Assembly: GCF_009914755.1 (NCBI RefSeq)
Contig: NC_060926.1
Source: the human T2T-CHM13v2.0 reference genome, Homo sapiens
DNA: 64,000 bases
Direction: 5' to 3' (one strand)
In this document: piece by piece, positions 51,579 to 64,000 of the stretch
Numbering within the stretch: position 1 is the first letter of the stretch
Layout of the letters: each line of letters begins with the position of its first letter
Notes under the pieces: generated by a model
Told to the model about the DNA's origin: nothing
Databases searched by the model: none
Seen by the model: only the letters and a program-made list of their open reading frames with translations
Program-made: the position numbers and the translations under genes

Positions 51579-52941
51579 CTGTATAGTTCAGTCATGTTAA
51601 GTATACAGCATTCAGATGCAATAGATCTCTAAGAACTTTTTCATCTTGCAGCATGGAAATTCTATGCCCCTTAGACACCAATTCCCTCTTCCACTTCCCC
51701 CTAGACCTTGGTAATCACCTTTCTACTTTCTGTTTCTGTGATTTTGACTACTCTATTAGATACTTCCTGTGAGTGAAATCATACAGCATTTGTCCTTTTG
51801 TGACTAGCATATTTGGCTTAGTATAGATGGACTTCGTTGTAGCACGTGACAGGACTGCCTTCCTTTTTAAGGCTGCGTAGTATTTCATTGCATATATATA
51901 CCACATCTTGTTTTATACATTCTCCTGTGAATGGACATTTGGGTTGGATTTCACGTTTTGGCTTTTGTGAGTAATGCTGCTATGAACATGGGTATACACG
52001 TATCTCTTTGAGATACTTCTTTGAATTATTTGGATGTATACTTAAAAGCAGGATGGCTGGGTCATATGGTAATTCTATTTTTAATTTTCTTAGGAACCTC
52101 CATACTGTTTTTTATAATGATTGCACCATTTTACATTCCCACCAACAGTACACAAGGGTTCTAACTTCTCTGTATTCTCACTAACACTTACATCCTGTTT
52201 TTTTGATAGCTTCCGTGTTGATGGTGTGAGGCGATATCTCATTATGGTTTGGATTTGCATTTCCGTAACGATTAGAGATGTTGTGCATGTTTTTCATGTG
52301 TTTATTGGTCACTTGTATATCATCTTTGGAGAAATGTCTATTTAAATCCTTTGCTTATTTTTAAATTGGGTTGTTTTTGAGTTATAGAAGTTCTTTATGT
52401 ATTTTGGACATTAACCCCTTATCAGATATATGATTTTCAATTATGATTTCCTATTCCGTATATTGCCTTCTTAGTCTTGATTTTTTTTTTGATGTGCAAA
52501 CATTTTTGAGTTTGGTGCAGCCCCGTTTGTCTATTTTTGATTTTGCTGCCTGGGATTTTGGTGTGATATCCAAGAAATTATGGCCAAATCCAATGTGCAG
52601 AAAGCTTGTCCTCTATATTTTCTTCTAGGAGTTTAATAGTTTTAGGTCTTTAATCGATTTTGAGTTATTTTTGTATATGGTATAAGGTAAGGACCCAACT
52701 TCATTCTTTTGCCTGTGAATATCCAGTTTTCTCAACATCATTTGTTGAAGAGACTATCCTTTCTCCACTGTATAGTCTTGTCAAAAGTCATTTGACCATA
52801 GATGCAGGGGTTTATGTATCATTCATTTATCATTTTGACCCTTGTCAAAGCCATTTGGTCATATATGTAGGGGTTTATTTCTGGGCTCTCTAGTTCCCTT
52901 GGTCTATATATCTATTTTTATGTCAGTACAACATTCTTTAA

Positions 52942-53271
<330 letters not shown>

Positions 53272-53719
53272 TGTAGTATGTTTTGAAACCAGGAAATGTG
53301 GGGCCTCCAACTTTGTTCTTTTCTCAAGACTATTTTGGCAATTTGGAGTCTCTTGAGATTCTGAATTTTACAAATTTTAGGATGGTTTTCCTATTTCCAC
53401 AAAAAATGATGTTGGGATTTTGTTAAGGACTGCACTGAATCTATAGATCACTTTGTATAGTATGGACATTTTTAACAATATTGAGTCATCCAGTTCATAA
53501 GCACAGGATATCTTCCATTTGTTTATATCTTCTCTGATTTCTTTTAGTAATGTTTTACAGTTTTCAGTGTACAAGGCTTTTGCCTACTTTGTTAAGTTTA
53601 TTCCTAAGTATTTCATTCTTTTTGGTGCTATAGTAAATGGATTATTTTCTTAATTTCTATTTTGGATTGGTCATTATTTGCATATAAGAATGCAACTGAT
53701 TTAAAATTTTTTAAACATT

Positions 53720-54020
<301 letters not shown>

Positions 54021-54855
54021 TTTTTTTTTAAATTTAAAATTAAAAAATTTTATGGGTAGGTGTATATATTTATGGGGTATATAAGATATTTTGATACAGC
54101 CATACAATGTGTGATAATCACATTGGGGTAAATGGGGTATCCATCACTTCAAGCACGTATCATTTCTTTGTGTTGCAAACATTCCAGTTATACTCTTTTA
54201 GTTATTTTAAAATGTACAATAAATCTAGCTGACCTTAGTCACGCTGTTATGCTGTCAAATACTAGATCTTATTCATTCTAACTATATTTTTGTGCCTATT
54301 AACCATCCCCATTCCTCCCTGACCCTCCACACTACCCTTCTCAGTCTCTGCTAACTATCATTCTACTTTCTATCTCCACGAGTTCAATTGTTTTAATTTT
54401 TAGCTCCCACAAATGAGTGAGAACATGCAAAGTTTGAATTTTTGTGCCTGGCTTATTTCATTTAACGTAATGCCTTTCAATTCCATCCACGTCGTTGCAA
54501 ATGACAGGATCTCATTCTCTTTTATGGCTGAATAGTACTCCCTTGTGTATAGGTACCACATTTGCTTTATCCATTCATCTGCTGATGGACACTTAGGTTG
54601 ATTCCAATTCTTGGCTATTGTGAATAGTGTGATTTTTGAATTTTGATTTTGTGTCCTGCAACTTTGCTGAATTTAAGTTCTAACAGGTTTTCCTGTGTGT
54701 GAAATCTTTAGTTTTTCTGCATATAAGATCATGTCATCTGTGAACAAAGATAATTTTAACTCTTCCAATTTTGATGTCTTTTCAAGGGATAAACTTTTAA
54801 CTAGAAGTAAAAGCTTTGTCATAATTGTAGAATTATTAGCTATCTAATAGAAATA

Positions 54856-55503
<648 letters not shown>

Positions 55504-55755
55504 TTACAGCAAATGCTGTTCCAGAGTTTAGTCCTTAGTTAAGGAATGCAACTTAGTCTGCAGTAGATATGTTCTCGTGTTGGAACCTGGACATTAATTG
55601 CTCAGCTAGGACACTCTAGGCTTTCTGGGAGCTTGCAGGGAGATTTGCAGCAGGTGATAACATTGAGGGGTTTGGTCCTGGGTGCTTGTTAAGAGCTTTG
55701 CCCTGAGCAGAGTCCATTCCACTCCATCTACTATGCTTTATCTCAGGCCTTCTAA

Positions 55756-56089
<334 letters not shown>

Positions 56090-56211
56090 CTCTTTGTACA
56101 GTTTCATGTCCTAACATTGACAGATTCTGGTGAGAGGAGTCTAGAGAGAGTGTTTGGCACCTTCTGCTCCTGACACAGTTTGTGGCCAGACTTTTACATG
56201 CTCTTTTCTAG

Positions 56212-56406
<195 letters not shown>

Positions 56407-57369
56407 TAGGTCTGTCCTAATAATCTAAGGAGGGCCCTACATGACTTCTCTGTCCGCTGATTTCTGTTTCTGCTCTCAGGTTTTATTAATTTATTTACTC
56501 ATTCATTCATATGACAAGTACATATCAAGTGTCTACTATATGCTGGGCACTGTTCCAGGGGCCTGGGGGTGCAGCTGTGAACAAAACAAAGTTCCTGGTG
56601 GAAACTGTATGCTAGTAGGAAGCAGCTAGACAATAAACAAGTTACTAAATATATTATTTTACAGGTGGTAATAAGTGTTTTGAAGGAAAATAAGACGAGC
56701 AAGAGGTTGGGGAATAAAAAAGGGGGATTAGCACTCCATAAGCATAAAGCCTGTGTGAGGCATTTACTTGTTTCTTTAAGGCAATTGGGGCAGACAGTGG
56801 CAAAGGGGAGTGCTGCATAGGATTCAGGAATCAGTATTTTGAATTTGAATGAAATGTTCAAGATTGAGATTGAGATTTAGCCCTTTCCAAGATGGAAGAG
56901 AGCCAAGAAGGTGGAGGCCTCTCTCTCTCTCGGTTGTTAGAGACTCATTTCTGCATTCCTAAACCTACCCCTTGTGAGTTTCATGCTGCCTTTGCTTCAT
57001 GGGATCCCCAACCATGGCAACGAACGCATCAGTGGTAGTCACAGTTGAATTACACACCATGGCCTGCCGTGTGACTGCCAACAGGGGCACTGGCCTTCCT
57101 CCAGTTCCCTGCCTCTGATATTGACTAAGCCACGGGACTGTTGGCACATCTCCTCTCCGCATTTGGAGTATCATCTTCATAATGCTAATTTCCATGCAGC
57201 TCCTTCCATAGCCATTTGGTCTTATGAAACTTGGCAGGTCTGAATTTGGATTTGACTTTTTCTATGTGGTTGGTGATATGGCACTTATAGTTACCTGAAA
57301 GTTCTTTGACACTGGTGGGACCTGCCCAATCAAAACAGATGCAAGAGTGTTTTTCCTTCTTGGTCGTAG

Positions 57370-57480
<111 letters not shown>

Positions 57481-57542
57481 TGATCCGTGGGGTCTGGGTG
57501 ATTTTTATTGTGACTGAATTTGCTAGCTAGCCTTTTTCTATC

Positions 57543-57838
57543 TTTTTTTTTTTTTTTTTTTTTGAGATGGAATCTTGCTTCTGTCACCAGGTTGGAATGC
57601 TGTGGAGCAATCTCGGCTCACTGCAACCTCTGACTGTCTGGTTCAAGTGATTCTCCTGCCTCAGCCTCCCGAATAGCTGGGATTACAGGCACACACCACC
57701 ATGCTAATTTCTGTATTTTTAGTAGAGACGGGGTTTCACCATGTTGACCAGGATGGTCTCGATCTCCTGACCTCGTGATCCTCTCGTCTCGGCCTTCCAA
57801 AGTGCTGGGATTACAGGCGTGAGCCTCCGCGCCCGGCC
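57543..57838 (-). mobile_element. Alu
   Basis: Antisense Alu, near-TSD GCCTTTTT(C/G)TATCT. Confidence 0.9.
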
Positions 57839-58468
57839 GCCTTTTTGTATCTTAAGTAGAATTGCTGTGGCTGAATGCTACTGCGTTCATTACTGCATTT
57901 CCTAGCTAATCCGTGTGGCCTTGCAGATGGGGATTGTCTCTTGGGTGGTGGTGAGTACCACCCGGGCAGCTTGCTGTGTTTTCCGTGGGCCCGTCACTTT
58001 CCCCTCTGTTTACTGGGTATCTCACCCAGCTGTGAATATTCATGGCCCAAGGTGTTTTAAGACACCTTTTTAAAGGGTGTGGGATTATCACTTTATTTCA
58101 GAGTTGTGAAGAACAAATAAGTGACTTGACCAAGATCCAATAGACTTTTTAGAAATATAAACATCTGATTTCAGGGTCTGTGCGTAATTTCTTTTCTTTT
58201 TTTTTTCAAATATTTAGACTTCAAGGAGATGAGCTTAATTTCATAATGGAGCATTCCTCTTAGAGTTTCTGGAGTAATGACCGCATTAGGCAATACAAGC
58301 CAAGTCCTAAAAGCCTTGGGTATTCAGGACTTCTGAAAGCCACCAGACTCCCTGTGGAGCCATGAAACTTCCAAACTCTCCCCTGTGTCATGCTGGGCAG
58401 GCCATCCGAAGGATTGAGGTGGGGCAAGGATGGTCCCTAACTTTTCCCTTGTCTTCCTGTGCCTTTAG

Positions 58469-58639
<171 letters not shown>

Positions 58640-58799
58640 TGAACACCTGTGAATGTTTCATATTTAGCAACTACCTGTGATATTCTAGAGGTAGTCCCTT
58701 CAGCACGTATTTATTAATCATCTGCCTTCTTTTAAATGTTCATATCTGAAGGAGCTCATGTACAGGAGGGATGCTTTCTTTAAGAAACCAGTGGAGGTG

Positions 58800-59224
58800 A
58801 GCTGAGCACGGTGGCTTACACTTGTAATCCCAGCACTTTGGGAGGCCGAGGCATGAGGATCGCTTGAGCCCCGGAGTTCGAGACCAACCTGGGCAACATA
58901 GTGAAACTGTGTCTCGGCAAAAAATAAAAAGAAATTAGCTGAGCCTGGTAGCACACACCTGTAGTCCCAGCTACTCAGGAGGCTGAGGTTGGAGGGTCAC
59001 TTGAGCCCAGGAGTTTAAGGCTGTAGTGAGCTGTGATCATACCACTGCACTCCAGCCTGAGCAACAGAGCAAGACTTTGTGAGAAAGAGAGAAAGGGAGA
59101 GAGAAAGTAAGAGAGAAAAAGAAAGAAAGAAAAGAAAGAAAGGAAGAAAGGAAGGAAGGAAAAAGAAAAGAAAAGGAAAGAAAGAAAAAAAAAGAAAGAA
59201 AGGAAGAGAAAGAGAAAGAAAAAC
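58800..59224 (+). mobile_element. Alu (AluJ-like) with an expanded GA-rich tail (59080-59224)
   Basis: Alu consensus followed by a ~145-bp polypurine tract. Confidence 0.88.
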
Positions 59225-61199
59225 TGCTAAGATGCTACAGAGGTCTGGAAGCCATTTTCTCCTGGCAAAGGAAAAATGTCCCTAGGCCACTTTGGCTGTG
59301 TCAGAGAGCCAAAGCTAGGACAGCTACTGGTAATAATGGCAGCCATCAAGTGAGTCTCTCCCATATTCCAGGCACTTAATGAATGGTATCTCTAATCCTC
59401 ATCACCAACAGCATTTTATACATCAGAAATCTGAAGCTTAGAGACAAAGCTATATATCTAGTACATGATAAACCCTGGATTCAAATCCAATTCTGTCTGG
59501 CTCAAAAGCCTATATTCTTCCCCTTATTTCAAACAGCCCCTTGACTGATGGTTGGAAATTTCAGTGAGGCAAATTCTGACTATCAGAAATAAGCTTCTAA
59601 GAGCTAGAACTGTCTAATATTCAGAAGGGCGTTCCACAAAACAAAGATTGCTTTATCTCAAAATATGCAAAGGCTGAATGACTGTGTCTGTCTTTGGTAT
59701 TGAAGAAGGATTCCTGCAGTAGTAGGAGGTTATTTCTGGTTTCTAAAGTTTTTTCCAAGCCTAGGATTCTGTTACAATACCAGCTAAAAAATGTATCTCT
59801 AATTACATGTAGATATAATGTAATTGCATCTTAATATTCAAGTATGGTCTGTTCATTTCAGTCTCTATGTAGAAAAAGGTGTTAGATGAAAGCTTTTCCA
59901 CGAAGCTTTTGTTAGAGTTTCAGTTCTTTTCCTGTTACTTGATATCATGAAGTTAAATTAAAAACCCCATTGGGTTACAAATATATTTACCAGTCTTGAG
60001 AATTTTCCCAGGTCCTTCTCATATTAATGTCACAGAAATGAGAGTTACTGACAGAACACTACAAATCTGTAATACAATAGCACTATTTCTGTGGGCTGTA
60101 CATGTGATATGATTTTACTGAAAATGGCTATTGTTAAGCTTTCTGAATTTATCTTGTTTCTGTGATAATTTATGTGACAAAACTACATACTGTTGGCCTC
60201 AGTGAGATATATGGAATTTCATGTCCTTAATCCAATGTCCAAATATTTGAGTGAAGCAAAAAATTCTAGGACATGGGGAGATCCTGGGGTGGGTGTAGGA
60301 GGTAGGGTAAGATCAGAGAAGTGGTGGGCAGGGAGGCAGGGAGCCTGGGAGACCTGGTACCACTGGCTGTCCCTGTCCAGGTTGACTGATGGTGGCATGT
60401 GTGCAGATGGAGACATTTCAGGCAGAAAGGGGTCACAGAGCCTTTGCGTCCTAGTTCTTTCCTGTGTCAGATGGAAACCGAGGCTACCTGTACCACTTTC
60501 CACACTGTAACAGAGGGAAAAAAAAAATCATCCAATCAGGGACTACCCATGTGGCAACATGTGGAATGTTTTAGTAGGTTAAACTTTATCATAGTGACTC
60601 TTAAGTGTATTTTCACTAGACATTCAAGCCAAATGGCACTGATTTTTGTTAAGAAGATATAACATGCAGCTCAACATCAAATTTGCTCTTTGCAACTAAT
60701 GCATAGCACTCTATCAGTTCTAAAATATGGAACTAAAATTCTTGCAAACCACAAAAATAGGAAGGATACAGTACACATAGATTTGGATGATGGGTAAAGT
60801 ACAAGAAGTAAAAAAAAATGTCTTACTATTCAAGTGCTTACTGCCAGTAAAGGTCATGTTATGAATAACAGAGCAAAGAGAAGCCTGTAAACATTGTGTA
60901 CTTAGGGGGAAACTCCCTACCGCTGCCCACCACCCTAAAAGAAAACTGCTAGAAACATTTAATTCTTGATGCAGGAAGCAAATGTTTTTATCTGTAGGCC
61001 TTATACAATCATTTAGGATTGTAAGATGTTCAGCTTAAACTTAGGGGCTGTTACCTTTAAAACCAGAATATTAATCCCCCCAAATTAAATATGTTGTTTA
61101 TTTACACTATATTAATTTACATTGTGCAAAGCACAGAGATAAGCAAAGTACAGCTCCTGCCCTCAAGGAACTTATAATCTATTAAGAAAGCAAGCTACC

Positions 61200-61503
<304 letters not shown>

Positions 61504-62009
61504 GCTACACAAATAGTGTCAAAGAGAAAGAGATGGGGCAGAAAGGGGGAGCAACAGTGTGGCCTGAGATGACATTGCCAGTCTTAGGGTTCCAACATGG
61601 AATCCTGCAGGCCCAGTTTAGGGTCGAGATTGTGGTAAATAGGCCCAGTGGGGTCTCTAGAGTCAGCAGAGAAGGCCAGAGGGAAAGACTGTTTTAAATT
61701 TCCATCCTGCTGGCACATTGGTGGCAGTCTCTTTCCCTGAGCCCATGGGCAAGAGATGACACCCAAAAGCAGCTGTGGAGAAGCTTGTGCTGCTCCAGGA
61801 AAAAGGAGGGAAGGTGTTGTCAACACTTATGCTACCTTTACCGTAGAAGGACTTTTGTGGCAGGTTAGCTTGTAATCTTTATTGATGACTCATAAAACAC
61901 AAACATCATGTTTTGCCATTAGTCTTGGGAACATGAACTGCAACTTTGCAAAAATATCTTTGGATAATTGAATAATAAGCACAGACATTTAACAAAATCA
62001 ATTACAGGT

Positions 62010-63202
<1,193 letters not shown>

Positions 63203-64000
63203 ATCCATATACATATTATTATGTAATAACCTGCCTTTAAGAATGAAATTCACATGAGCATGCATATGGTAGAGCTTGCATTTATAGTTCACATGCTCTT
63301 GTTGTATTGTAAATATAAAAACAATCCTATGGCCAAATAAGTCTGGGAAATGCTGTCTTAGGGATAGGGGATTATTGCAAGGCCAGGAGAAGAAGGAGGG
63401 CTTCCTGGAAATCATCGGAGTAGACATTCAGGCACTCTGGGTCTCAGGGCCCCCACATGGGTCAGTTCCCGGGAAGACAGAACAGCCATTCATTGTCATC
63501 CCAAATGGAGAGCAGTTCCGAAGACCCTCCTTCTCTGTGAGTGCTCATACGTTCTCAGATGGTTACATCCCATATGGAGCTTTTCTATTGGACTTTTGTG
63601 CCGAGCTGCCTTATAGACCAATGGCTTCCCTTATGTTCAGTCCACGTGTATTTGGTTTGTGTTCTGATTCCTGACCCACTCACGATGACCAAGGTTGGTA
63701 ACATTTGAAGTGGCAGAGCTGGTTTCATTTGAGGAATGGAGGCATAAATCATTGCAACTTTGCAAGAAGAGCTTCTGAGAATCCCTTTCCTGGGAGACAC
63801 TCAGGGCCATCCCTAGAAGGGGACAGGGCCCAAAGCAACTCAGCCTGGGACCACCCAGATAACTGCCATTGAAATGAGGCTGTGCTGTTGTTGGCATCAT
63901 CCATAGGTCCTTTGGGATACTGTTCAACTCAGACATTTCAAAATTAAATTTTAAACAGGCTCAGAAAGGGTCCTTTGTAGTTGTAGTTGAAGCTTCTGGC

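Noticed and set aside
52777-52880. Imperfect ~40-bp direct repeat in L1 (also small duplications at ~37451-37495 and ~44617-44648)
   Set aside because: Ordinary local duplications within decayed repeats, with no sign of function.

Overview
Human genomic DNA (Alu-rich, spliced genes; I recognise it as the chr2p23 SELENOI-DRC1 locus). Positions 1 to ~22,480 hold the last six coding exons and ~6.8 kb 3'UTR of SELENOI (EPT1, ethanolamine phosphotransferase 1). It has an in-frame selenocysteine TGA at 15668-15670 and a complete SECIS hairpin at 16975-17043. A CpG-island promoter with tandem RFX X-boxes (~28.3-29.0 kb) then drives DRC1 (CCDC164, nexin-dynein regulatory complex subunit 1). DRC1 exons 1-7 (296 codons, including a GC-AG intron) lie in the window and the gene continues past the right edge. 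The rest is mostly Alu, L1, L2, MIR, LTR and DNA-transposon sequence, and nearly all ORFs in the supplied track are spurious repeat ORFs. I found no evidence for a wholly new gene system. The most notable unexplained structures are: (i) an Alu whose 19-bp target-site duplication also encloses ~125 bp of non-Alu sequence (apparent 3' transduction); (ii) an AATAAA upstream of the SECIS that could yield a SECIS-less, Sec-free SELENOI isoform; and (iii) an AT-rich block containing a perfect 60-bp palindrome. Repeat boundaries are approximate and family names are by eye.
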